From Berkelbacteria bacterium GW2011_GWE1_39_12 (lineage in GTDB: Bacteria; Patescibacteriota; UBA1384; UBA12157), in contig CP011213.1 in NCBI GenBank assembly GCA_001029735.1, forward strand, positions 656,298 through 720,297: a stretch of 64,000 bases of DNA, given 5' to 3'. The translations under genes were made by a program, and so were the position numbers. Positions 28,271-37,440 of the stretch are shown here, piece by piece (position 1 is the first letter of the stretch; every line of letters starts with the position of its first letter). The notes beneath the pieces are model-generated. The model had not been told where the DNA came from. It worked only from the letters and a program-made list of their open reading frames with translations, and did no database searches.

Positions 28271-28918
28271 ATGATGGATATTGATAGAATATTTTGCGAA
28301 CCCAAATTTTCAAAAGATGAATACATCTCAAAATATGGTGATGGGTATTCTAATTTGTATTTATTAAGAAAAGACATCTGGTGGTGCCGCGGAATCGATC
28401 CAAGTACTAAAACTAAAATATCGAATGATGCCGGCGCTCCATTCGCGGCTTTTTTATTGATCAGGATTCTTTTTAACTACATCGTCCACCTCTCTGGTAC
28501 AGATTACCAAAATTACATAAGAAAATACTTACCAACAGATCTTTCTGCAAAAGAGGCTGAAATTTTAAACCGCCTACGAAATGCACTCGAGCACTTAAGC
28601 TACAACTTAGTATGGACGCCGGACATCAAAAAAGGTGAAAAAGGTAAAATAATTTATTTCGCAGTAACTGAAGAAAATACTGAATCTCTCATGGAAATGA
28701 TAGATGAACAAGAAAATGAAGAAACGTGGATCGTGAATATAGACCAATTACATCAGGCCATTGAATCATCTATAAATATTCTATACAAAGATGTGATCAA
28801 GAATGATCAACTCTCTAAAGATATATTAGCTCTTGCGGGTGCGCATAGCATGCATGTAGTAGAAAAGAAGATTTTATTAGATACAGTAAAAAGCAGAAGT
28901 AAAAGTCATAACATATGA
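28271..28918 (+). CDS. Hypothetical protein with HEPN-type Rx4H motif (Abi_2/AbiD-F-like?), start abutting a G9 tract
   Basis: LNRLRNALEHLSY contains R-x4-H, the HEPN/Abi_2 catalytic motif. A G9 homopolymer at 28261-28269 directly precedes ATG 28271, and an in-frame GTG lies at 28259. Confidence 0.4.
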   Translation: MMDIDRIFCEPKFSKDEYISKYGDGYSNLYLLRKDIWWCRGIDPSTKTKISNDAGAPFAAFLLIRILFNYIVHLSGTDYQNYIRKYLPTDLSAKEAEILNRLRNALEHLSYNLVWTPDIKKGEKGKIIYFAVTEENTESLMEMIDEQENEETWIVNIDQLHQAIESSINILYKDVIKNDQLSKDILALAGAHSMHVVEKKILLDTVKSRSKSHNI

Positions 28919-30121
28919 AATTATTATTAAAACCTATAAATTCCTTTACCTTTCAGGATGTATCTGACTTCTGTTCCGAAGGCTATCTTGAAAATGTCCA
29001 ATTAGACTACAAAAAGGACTTTTCACCAAAAGGTGTCGCAAAGCATTTTGCATCTTTTTCTAATACCAGAGGGGGTCTAATTATATTTGGAGTTGAAGAG
29101 GATGAAAAGACTGGCAAACCTACAAAGTGGGATGGTTTGAACAATGATTGTAAATTTGAAGATCAAATATACCAACGACAAGGAAGGTAAGGTTTTTGTT
29201 TTATTAAGGATTTTTGAGGGAGATAGAACCCCATATTATATTCTTAACGACCCAAATATTTACATCAGAACCGGCAGTATAACAAAAAGATTTGAAGAAA
29301 TTGCACATCCCGATGTTCAAAAAATGCTCTTCGAAAAGAAGAATGAAGCCAAAAAGACATGTAATTTAAACAATGAAATAGCTGCTTCAATTTACGACAA
29401 CAAAATAAACCAGAGCCAGCTTGAATTAGACCGAATGAAAGCTACTGAATTACAAAAACCGGAAGAAGATAGAAAAAAATTGTTTTCCAAAAGATTAGGG
29501 ATTGATGGTGTTTCGATATCTGCCATAACCCTTCAGCCTTATTATCCGGCAAAAAACATGGTTCAGCCAAAAACACTAATGGATGAAATTAACGAATACA
29601 GGGTACTTCTACATCAAGCGCATTACCCACAACAAGAACGAAGTTTTACCCCTATACCAAATGGCATTTTTGCCTTCCATTATAACGATAGGAGTGGCGG
29701 CATAAGATCTGAACAAATATTTACGAACGGATTATTTTGCGACTATTTTGATATATCAGAATACAACCCAGATACAAAAGAAAAAGTATTAGCCATTTCA
29801 CACTTGATCGTGAGGCTAAAATTAATATTACATTCTGCTAGGAAATTTTACGTTAAATATGGTTATCAGGGTGGCCTAACTGGAAATATCAACATCACAA
29901 ATACTGCTGATGCAAGATTGGGCGATATACATAGATTTGATTGGGGTGATTTAGAGCTAACTTTCCTGCCCAGCTTGAACGTTCCATTTGAACTGGACAC
30001 TGTTATCCTAAATGACGATGAGAATCTGAAGTTGTTTCTAAGAGATAGAATCGAAGAGATATATTGGTGTTTTGGACTTGATGTTGTACCAAAAAGCCTC
30101 ATGGACGCATTGCTGGCATAG
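28915..30121 (+). pseudogene. AlbA_2 / Schlafen-like domain protein, disrupted by a frameshift near 29140-29190
   Basis: Frame 1 (28915-29190) encodes ENVQLDYKKDF...VAKHFASFSNTRGGLIIFGVEED (AlbA_2 core). Frame 2 (29144-30121) continues with KIKYTNDKEGKVFVLLRI...YIRTGSITKR, the usual downstream part of the same domain. Confidence 0.55.
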
Positions 30122-30204
30122 TGCTAATCCTTTAAGGGATATTGAAACCGTTGTCTAACTTGTATCTCTCGAATTCGAATGATAGGATCTAGCGCCAGCG
30201 CTTA

Positions 30205-30252
30205 GTTTCCTCAAGGATAGGGTGCAAACTTTTAACAATCAGCTCCACCAGT
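30205..30252 (+). repeat. Degenerate copy of the tmRNA 3' end (att-like) followed by a terminator-like hairpin
   Basis: GGGTGCAAACTTTTAACAATCAGCTCCACCAG compares with tmRNA GGAGTGCAATTCTCCTCAGCTCCACCA. It is followed by AACAGGtcaaaatCCTGTTTTTTTT. Confidence 0.5.
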
Positions 30253-30352
30253 ATCAAAATAACAGGTCAAAATCCTGTTTTTTTTGTATTAAAAAAGGCT
30301 CGCGAGGGGTCGTGATATTCTCACAAGCCTTTTTCGCGAGCCATTAGAATGC

Positions 30353-30745
30353 TCACCTTTTGAAGCCATCGAAATGACTTCCTTTGTGCTTGACGATATT
30401 TGGTGGAAATGCTGAGAGTTCCTCGGCGAAATGAGCAAGCTGTACTTTCTCTGCCTCAATTGCTTTCATTTGCTTGTTCAGTTGTTCGATTTGTAGCTCT
30501 ATGCCCAGTTTTCCAATTTCACTTGAATCAACATGGTCTTCGCATACGCTTCCGATGAACCACTCTTTTCCTTCTGCGTAGAGTAGAATGGCATAAAGTG
30601 GTTGTCCTGGGGTGACGGGCTCTTTACCCACAACGCATCGAATCTTTTTCCAGCCATTGTCGGAAAACCATGGTTCCGAAGGTGCTTTACTTGGACTTAT
30701 GACAATTCGGATTGCCGACTCTGACGTTGTTGAATTACTGTTCAT
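30353..30745 (-). CDS. Hypothetical protein (islet cargo)
   Basis: 130-aa ORF with an RBS and no recognisable motif. Confidence 0.35.
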   Translation of the reverse strand: MNSNSTTSESAIRIVISPSKAPSEPWFSDNGWKKIRCVVGKEPVTPGQPLYAILLYAEGKEWFIGSVCEDHVDSSEIGKLGIELQIEQLNKQMKAIEAEKVQLAHFAEELSAFPPNIVKHKGSHFDGFKR

Positions 30746-30892
30746 TTCCGATCAGCCTCCTAGATGTGCGGTTTGTCTTTTTTAGACACTACATAATAGC
30801 ACATATAAAATTTAAAGTCAATCCTTTCAGTGATAATCATTTAAGGAATGTATCTAATATGTATTGTTCATAATCTAAATACAGAATTTCTC

Positions 30893-30990
30893 TCCATCTT
30901 CTGGTTTCAGCAATGATTTCGTGTAAACTTTTTCCGACCAGCTCCACTTAAATGAGAATCAGAGACCATTTCTGGTTCTTTTTTGTTATT
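30893..30990 (+). repeat. Second downstream copy of the ssrA 3' region including a near-identical terminator
   Basis: ...ATGATTTCGTGTAAACTTTTTCCGACCAGCTCCACTTAAATGAGAATCAGAGACCATTTCTGGTTCTTTTTTG compares with ssrA ...ATGATTATTAATGCTTTTTTTGGACAGG...CAGCTCCACCAAATGAGAATCAGAAAATTTCTGGTTCTTTTTTG. Confidence 0.6.
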
Positions 30991-31040
30991 ACAAATAGTC
31001 GATAGTTAATTATTCCTATAGCCTATGATATGATCGTCTT

Positions 31041-31709
31041 ATGAAACTACTTTTAACCTCAACTGGAATTACCAATAAAACAATCGAAAATAAATTTATC
31101 GAAATGGTCGGCAAACAACCCGAAGAGATGATTGTGGCTTACATTCCAACGGCCGTAAATGTTGCTCGGCCAACGGATAAACGCTGGATTATTAATAATC
31201 TTATTGGTCTCGATAAAATGAAAATCGGAAAAATAGACCTTTTGGATTTCTCTGCGATTCCCCAAGAAATTTGGCTTCCAAGATTAAAACAAGCCGATGT
31301 AATCATGGTTGGTGGCGGAAACCCCTATCATTTGATCTATTCAATGAAAAAAGCTGGTTTAGATAAAGTTCTAAAAGAGCTATTGGAGGAAAAAGTTTAT
31401 GTTGGGTGTAGTGCAGGCTCGGTGATTTTAGGAAAAGATATTGTCACCACTGCCCCTAAAAAATATTGTGAAGAAATCCCTGAATTTGAAGGGGATAAAG
31501 CGTTAGAATATATTGATTTTAGTATTAGGCCACATTTTTATAATCCCGACCGTCCTCAGTACACCGATGAAACAACTCAAGAATTAACAAACAATTTTCA
31601 GTCAACTTTTTATGCCATTGACGACAATTCGGCAGTTGTAATAGATGATGATCAAGTAAACGTGATTTCTGAAGGCAAGTGGAAAAAGTTTGAACCGATA
31701 ACTAAGTAG
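31041..31709 (+). CDS. pepE: Peptidase E (S51 family dipeptidase; Asp-X dipeptidase / cyanophycinase-like)
   Basis: LLLTSTG N-terminus. VIMVGGGNPYHLIYSMKKAGL and VYVGCSAGSVILG align with E. coli PepE IVIVGGGNTFQLL... and LYIGWSAGANLA (catalytic Ser region). Confidence 0.7.
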   Translation: MKLLLTSTGITNKTIENKFIEMVGKQPEEMIVAYIPTAVNVARPTDKRWIINNLIGLDKMKIGKIDLLDFSAIPQEIWLPRLKQADVIMVGGGNPYHLIYSMKKAGLDKVLKELLEEKVYVGCSAGSVILGKDIVTTAPKKYCEEIPEFEGDKALEYIDFSIRPHFYNPDRPQYTDETTQELTNNFQSTFYAIDDNSAVVIDDDQVNVISEGKWKKFEPITK

Positions 31710-31858
31710 CTCTAAATATTTTCAAAAATAGAATCAGAATAAATCTCTGTTTTTTTGTATTATTAAACTCTTTAATATTGACTTATCTTTATTTTTGCCT
31801 TAAAATAAACAGTTCTTGAGTAACAAGAGCGCGTGATTTCGGAACTAGGAGGGTGCAC

Positions 31859-32956
31859 ATGAAAAAACTGCTTTTTATTTACCACGGTGGTACAATCGGT
31901 CAGATTCCGGAAATACGAGAGGGTGGCCGAATTATTCTTGTTGTGCCAGCTGATGGAAGTCAGTTTCGTGAGGTTTGCTTACCAATTATCAGTCAGTATG
32001 ATGACTTCTTTGAAACTACGTTCGAGGTCATTACTACAAAGGATTCGACGAACCTTAATCAGAAAGATTGGGAAAAGCTCATCTTTAGGATAAAGAAGGC
32101 ACAGGATGATGAAGGTTTCGATGCTGTCGCAATTGCACACGGGACGGACACGTTGCCCTATACTGCAACTGCTCTGTCTCTTGCGTTGCATGGAAGAACT
32201 CCTGGTAGAACAGGTCTACGAATTCCCGTTTGCGTCACAGGTGCCCAGAACCCGATTTATGACGAAAAAGGGGATGGGCGCACGAATCTTGCTCGTATGC
32301 TTGAAACTCTCAAGCAGGCGATCATCCTGGGTATTGCTGATGTGATGGTTAACTTCGACAAACGTGTATTGCTTGGTTGTCGGACGCTGAAAGTAAGTGA
32401 GCGACGATATGACGCTATGCAGTCATTGTCTTCGCCGGACGTTGGTGAAATTGATAGCTCAGGTGTCCATCTTAACTCGAGCTTACTTCGCAAAAGAGCA
32501 GATGCAGAAGACAAATTGCTTCTTGCACCGAAGTTCGGTCGTGGTGTGGTCGGCATTGAGCTTGTGCCAGGGCTTGAGCCAAGTCTGATTCTTGGATTTA
32601 TCGCCAATGGTGGTGTGGCTGGGATGGTTCTAAAGTCGCTAGGGGAAGGTAATGTTTGTTGTGAAGGTGAGTTCAGCCTAATCCCAGCAATCAAACGAGC
32701 GACTGAGGAATATATGACGCCGATTTTCATCACCACAAAGTTCGCTGGTGGAAGCTCGGGGGCATGTCATTACGAAACCGGTTACGAAGCCATAAAAGCT
32801 GGTGGCATTGCCTGTTTTGATCATACAGACGTGGCGGTTGATGTGAAGGTGATCTGGTTGATTGGCAATGGCATATGTGCCACTGTGGATGATTTCAAAA
32901 AAGCGATGGCTACAAGCTTCGCTGGTGAAGTTACTCCTCCTACAGAGTTGGTCTGA
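31859..32956 (+). CDS. L-asparaginase (asparaginase/glutaminase family)
   Basis: IYHGGTIG (the TGGTIAG motif with catalytic Thr) and AIAHGTDTL (the HGTDT motif). SD GGAGGG before ATG 31859. Noticeably GC-richer than the flanks. Confidence 0.8.
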   Translation: MKKLLFIYHGGTIGQIPEIREGGRIILVVPADGSQFREVCLPIISQYDDFFETTFEVITTKDSTNLNQKDWEKLIFRIKKAQDDEGFDAVAIAHGTDTLPYTATALSLALHGRTPGRTGLRIPVCVTGAQNPIYDEKGDGRTNLARMLETLKQAIILGIADVMVNFDKRVLLGCRTLKVSERRYDAMQSLSSPDVGEIDSSGVHLNSSLLRKRADAEDKLLLAPKFGRGVVGIELVPGLEPSLILGFIANGGVAGMVLKSLGEGNVCCEGEFSLIPAIKRATEEYMTPIFITTKFAGGSSGACHYETGYEAIKAGGIACFDHTDVAVDVKVIWLIGNGICATVDDFKKAMATSFAGEVTPPTELV

Positions 32957-33085
32957 GATGATCGAACTTACGGGCCCCTCGTTATTGTTATACGAAGGGT
33001 CCTTTTTATATACGAATACATTTATATAACATAGCGCCAATCAAATAAGGGATGCATCTAATCTAAACCGCTCATATTCTGAATG

Positions 33086-33155
33086 CAGGATCTCTCTCCA
33101 GCGCCTGGTTTCGGCGATGATTTCGTGTAAACTTTTCCGACCAGCTCCACCAAAC
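33086..33155 (+). repeat. Third downstream copy of the ssrA 3' region
   Basis: TCTCTCCAGCGCCTGGTTTCGGCGATGATTTCGTGTAAACTTTTCCGACCAGCTCCACCAAA is about 85% identical to 30893-30953. Confidence 0.55.
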
Positions 33156-33407
33156 TTCGCCACAATAGATTGTGGCTTCGCTTGGCGAGCCATATATAAA
33201 AGCAGAAGTTTGCCCAGCGTAGTCCCACGCCGTTACACTCTGTGGTTCATTAGTACTCATCGGGAAGCATTTTTATTTGTATCTTTCGTAATCTGAATAA
33301 AGTATTTTTGTACAGCATGTTTTTATTAATTGAAAATATATTTAATTGTAAAAAGAGCTTTTTTGTGCTATCATCACTGATGGATTCTGAAAAGGAGGAT
33401 TTCCGAT

Positions 33408-33869
33408 ATGGTAAACGAGAAAGAGGGTACGTGTAACATCATTTCGTCCTTTGATCCCGGAATTTGGAGCGACATCCGCAGGGCCAATGAGTACATGACT
33501 CAGTCTGCAATGACACACTTCCTTAATGCCGAAGAAAGAATAGCACTAGCTCAGTTCATCAACGCTATGAGATGTGCATATGTTCGCTGGGAGGGCAACC
33601 CGGTGGAGGAACGTATAGCGGCGCTGAAAGCAATGCGGCTACCATCAGAAGATAATGGTCTGAATACAGTGAAACAAGTTGCACACGATGGGCACAACCC
33701 GTCTGAATTACGGATTATAGCTTTAAACAAACTCTACGAAGCCCAGATAAAGTTTAGTTTCAACGAACGGCCCGCTATTAGATCATTCATTCATGACATT
33801 AGTGTGCATGCATCCGATGATGCCGTTTGCACCGAGGCCCGACGCCTCTACCACCTTCTATCCATATAA
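33408..33869 (+). CDS. Hypothetical protein (GC-richer islet cargo)
   Basis: 153-aa ORF with SD AAAGGAGGA and an extended -10 box, and no recognised motif. Confidence 0.35.
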   Translation: MVNEKEGTCNIISSFDPGIWSDIRRANEYMTQSAMTHFLNAEERIALAQFINAMRCAYVRWEGNPVEERIAALKAMRLPSEDNGLNTVKQVAHDGHNPSELRIIALNKLYEAQIKFSFNERPAIRSFIHDISVHASDDAVCTEARRLYHLLSI

Positions 33870-33879
33870 GTGTCCCTAG

Positions 33880-33911
33880 GTCCCCGGAATGATTACATTC
33901 CGGGTTTTTTA
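33880..33911 (+). terminator. Rho-independent terminator
   Basis: CCCCGGAATGattaCATTCCGGG hairpin followed by TTTTTT. Confidence 0.55.
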
Positions 33912-34074
33912 AATTTTCGATTCGTCGGACTTCGACGAGATAAGGATCTGTTCCGAATCGATTTTGATGTAGACATGCGTGTATCGTCGGCTGTGAAGAT
34001 GTTTGTCAATGAGAGGAATTGGCAAGGGTAATTTGATAATACTAAAAGCATGTAGTTAAAAGTTTTTTTAGCTT

Positions 34075-34125
34075 ATGTTATGATCATCGTATGAAACTAC
34101 TATTAACCTCGACAGATAATTGTTT
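34075..34125 (+). repeat. Direct repeat of the pepE promoter-proximal/5' coding region (about 85% identity to 31021-31075)
   Basis: TAGCTTATGTTATGATCATCGTATGAAACTACTATTAACCTCGACAGATAATT compares with TAGCCTATGATATGATCGTCTTATGAAACTACTTTTAACCTCAACTGGAATT. It encodes MKLLLTSTDNCL* and lies just before rsgA. Confidence 0.55.
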
Positions 34126-34131
34126 GTAATT

Positions 34132-35214
34132 ATGAATATTTCACTTCAAAATTTAGGCTTTGATGAATACTTTGTAACACTCTGTAAAGAACTGCGGATC
34201 GAGCTAGATGCTGTGGCTCGAATCATTGCAGAACATAGGGGACTTTATATTGTCAAAAACCTGAAGGGTGATTTTCAAGCAAAAATTACTGGAAAACAAA
34301 TATTTACCGCATCTTCACGGGAAGACTATCCGGCAGTAGGAGACTGGGTTGTGATTAAAATGGCCGATGATAATCAAGCGATTATCAAACAGATATTGCC
34401 AAGAAAAACCATTCTTAGAAAAACGGTAGTTTCGCGAAAATCTACCGATAAAACAAAGAGCCAAATTATTGCCGCCAATGTTGATATTGCGTTCGTGGTG
34501 GAATCCGTAGACAGAGATTATAGCTTGAACCGTTTTGAAAGATATTTTTCTTTAGCTGAGGATGGAAAAGTTAAGCCCTCAATTATTTTAAACAAAGTGG
34601 ACTTAATTACGAAAGATGAGCTGGAAACTAAAATTGCTGAGATACAAAATCGATTTAAGGATTGCACGGTTGTCCCTACCAGCACAGCAACTCAAGAAGG
34701 CATAGAACTCTTAAAAAACTCACTGTATCCAGGAAAAACTTATTGCTTCCTGGGATCATCAGGAGTTGGTAAATCATCTTTGATCAATATTTTACTTGGT
34801 GAAAAAGTTGCAAAAACAGCAGAGGTCGGCCAGAGTACTGAAAGAGGTAAGCATACGACTACCCATCGCGAAATGTATTTTTTAAGTGGTGGAGGAATTG
34901 TGATCGATAACCCTGGAATGCGTGAAGTCGGTTTGGCTGATTCTACGGAAGGGGTTAAGACAACTTTCAATGAAATTGCAGATTTGGCAAAACAATGCCA
35001 ATTTACGGATTGCACACATATTCATGAATCTGGATGCGCTGTAAAAGAAGCGATAGATTCAGAATTATTCAGTAAGGAAAAGTATGAAAATTATATTCAA
35101 TTGAAAAAAGAAGCAGATCATTTAGAAATGACAAATTATGAAAAAAAGTATAAAGAAAAAAAATTCGGAAAAAGTTTGAAAAATTATCAGAAACGAATAA
35201 AAGATTTCGAATAG
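34132..35214 (+). CDS. rsgA: Ribosome small-subunit-dependent GTPase A (RsgA/YjeQ, circularly permuted GTPase)
   Basis: Permuted G motifs (NKVDL...; GSSGVGKSSLIN; DNPGMREVGL) and C-terminal zinc knuckle CQFTDCTHIHESGCAV. Confidence 0.8.
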   Translation: MNISLQNLGFDEYFVTLCKELRIELDAVARIIAEHRGLYIVKNLKGDFQAKITGKQIFTASSREDYPAVGDWVVIKMADDNQAIIKQILPRKTILRKTVVSRKSTDKTKSQIIAANVDIAFVVESVDRDYSLNRFERYFSLAEDGKVKPSIILNKVDLITKDELETKIAEIQNRFKDCTVVPTSTATQEGIELLKNSLYPGKTYCFLGSSGVGKSSLINILLGEKVAKTAEVGQSTERGKHTTTHREMYFLSGGGIVIDNPGMREVGLADSTEGVKTTFNEIADLAKQCQFTDCTHIHESGCAVKEAIDSELFSKEKYENYIQLKKEADHLEMTNYEKKYKEKKFGKSLKNYQKRIKDFE

Positions 35215-35370
35215 AATTTTTTCTGGTATTTAGATTCTTGCAAAAAGACTGATGTATTCTTTTTTTAAATAACGTTGAAATGTGACAGCAGAGCATTTTT
35301 CTATTTATTTATCATCTTTGTAAGATTTTTGTATTAAAAAAGCAGGATTGGTTACCTGCTTGTTGTGAAA

Positions 35371-36161
35371 CTAGCCTGCACCGTCTGGCGCACCTACTTG
35401 GCTCAGTCCACCAGTACCATGGAGAAACACCATGGCGTCTTTATTGCCACCGCAAAGGACGTAAGTCGATGTGCCCAGTAAGATGCAATCGCGCTCTAAA
35501 ACGCCATTCCATGACGACAGTCCCCACTTGTCTGTAATGTAGAGCCGATCGCCGCCAAAGCAGACCTGTTCGGCTGCCTTGACCTTGTCCACCATCTGAA
35601 CTCGGCCTTTGGTACTGACAGTGTAAAGACGAGATTCCTTATTCTCGTCTGCCGTGAAGTAAATCACCCCACCTGGAGTGACAGTAATTGATTTCAGTTT
35701 CAATCCAAGGTTGACTACTGTCGGTTTGTTGTGATTAACAATAACCAGACAGCTGTCCCCACCAAACACCATTAGTTCAGCGGAGAATGCCGGTCGAACT
35801 GGCTTGACGAACGCTTGCTTGAACAGAACCTCCGAGTTGGTTCCACTATTCCAGCGTCTAAGCCGTCCATTTTTGTCATAACCGACTATCGTCCCACCAT
35901 CCGCGATCGGGCAACTCGTCCGAATTCCGGTTAGCTCCATGGGTGAAACGCCAAAGGGATCCTGGTTTGGGCGTATTTCGGCTACTTTCCGTCGACCAGC
36001 GCTAGAAATACTCCGTCGTTATAGCTGACGGAGTCAAAGTCAACCTGAGGGCTGATTTTGCCCAGGAAATCCAGAGGGCGGTCGGTGGGCGGGCCACCCG
36101 CCAAAACCGGTAGTGCAACCAACAAGATCAGTATTACTGAAAAACAGAGTAGCTTTTTCAT
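35371..36161 (-). pseudogene. Secreted hypothetical protein split by a frameshift (signal-peptide ORF 36161-35984 + body ORF 35940-35371)
   Basis: Minus-strand ATG at 36161 with SD GGAGGAGAA encodes MKKLLCFSVILILLVALPVLAGG... and stops at 35984. The 189-aa body ORF is open in another frame across the junction. Confidence 0.4.
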
Positions 36162-36302
36162 TTCTCCTCCATAATCTCTTCCATATCACATGGAAGGAAT
36201 GCATGAGGTTAATTCAGCCTTTTTCATGAAAAAGTCAACACTTACAGTTGAACTTCGAGTGCTTAAGAATTTACAAAAGCTGGAGAGACAAAATAGAAAA
36301 CT

Positions 36303-36713
36303 TTATTTTTTTTCCAAGAGTTCTCTGTAGGCTTGTTCGTCGCCATAGGGTAAAAAATCTTCTTGATGTGGTTGTCGAATAAATCCGTTGACCTCTTTAT
36401 GTTTAATGCCGCACCAATATTTTTCTGTATCGCCACAAATTCTAACTAAATATGCCGCGAAACCATTGGCGTAACCGCAATACATGCAATAAAATTTGTC
36501 GAGTGGGGATAAATAAGTGAGCTTTTGGCGATCGATTCTGATATAGTTGCTTCTTTTTACGATCGGTATACCGTATAGCGGAAAGGCGACATGATGATAA
36601 ATCTCAAGAAAAAAGTCCAAAATTAGGAGTGGGATTGACATGCCCCAGATAAATGGCATGGCCAATCGATGTCTCAATGCTTTATGTGGGATTTTGGAAA
36701 TTTTTTTATACAT
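36303..36713 (-). CDS. Hypothetical membrane-associated Cys-rich protein (CMYCGYANG...YWCGIKH)
   Basis: 136 aa with one TM helix and a conserved-looking Cys cluster. Family not recognised. Confidence 0.35.
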   Translation of the reverse strand: MYKKISKIPHKALRHRLAMPFIWGMSIPLLILDFFLEIYHHVAFPLYGIPIVKRSNYIRIDRQKLTYLSPLDKFYCMYCGYANGFAAYLVRICGDTEKYWCGIKHKEVNGFIRQPHQEDFLPYGDEQAYRELLEKK

Positions 36714-36816
36714 AAATATATTTAAACATGTTAGTTAAAGTTGTGCAACCGGTTGATTATCCTTTTCTGCTATGTTAGAATTATTTTGAAATCGGATTTC
36801 CATCTGGAGGCTTAAC

Positions 36817-37305
36817 ATGACAAGAGATTATGCGGTTGAGAACGTCAAGAAAGTATTGAGCAAAGCCATGACAGATGTTTTTGAAAAGCTTGACATCACG
36901 GTAATGGGTGTAGGCTGGTCACTTCGAACAAGAGACGATTATGTAATCGTCGAGAAAGATTTTATCGGCGGCTCAGGTGTTAGTCTGCCGGGGCGCGCAG
37001 AATGCCTCGATTTTGCTGACATATTCGTTCGCCAACTTTATATGTACCTGTGCGCCAAAGGTAATGTGTTGAGCCGCCAAAGCGGCGAACAGCCAGGTGC
37101 CATTGTCACCGATCATTATATCTTTTCTATTTATGGTCAACATTCGCCGGCGCTGGCCGATGAAACTATCTGTCTCGTCGCCGCTGTTCGTCTTGGCTGG
37201 ATCACTCTGACAAAGGCCATCGAAATGGCCAAGATTACTGATGACAATCATCCAGACGGAAATACAGTTTTCCTTGGAAACAATTGGAATTTGCATGATC
37301 TCTAG
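36817..37305 (+). CDS. Hypothetical protein (GC-richer)
   Basis: 162-aa ORF with SD GGAGG-like and no motif recognised. Confidence 0.35.
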   Translation: MTRDYAVENVKKVLSKAMTDVFEKLDITVMGVGWSLRTRDDYVIVEKDFIGGSGVSLPGRAECLDFADIFVRQLYMYLCAKGNVLSRQSGEQPGAIVTDHYIFSIYGQHSPALADETICLVAAVRLGWITLTKAIEMAKITDDNHPDGNTVFLGNNWNLHDL

Positions 37306-37440
37306 ACCGAATAAAATCGGTCTTTTTTAATTAAAAATTACGTTGACAAGATGTAAAGAACACTTTACAATGAGCTTGAAAGAAATAAAAAATGGACAAG
37401 CAAAGCTTGTCGCGGAATTTTTCTAAATAAAGAGAAAAAT

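Larger units (their letters stand above)
27759..34125. mobile_element. Tandem array of small integrase-less islets inserted at the ssrA 3' end, bounded by repeated copies of the tmRNA 3' end
   Basis: The ssrA T-arm/acceptor sequence, with or without its terminator, recurs in the same orientation at 30205-30252, 30893-30990 and 33086-33155. GC content between them is locally higher. Another short repeat sits at the right edge (34075-34125). Confidence 0.5.

Noticed and set aside
32106-33040. Several 60-160-aa ORFs on both strands inside the asparaginase gene
   Set aside because: GC-richer DNA yields long spurious frames. The asparaginase frame has the catalytic motifs and an RBS.
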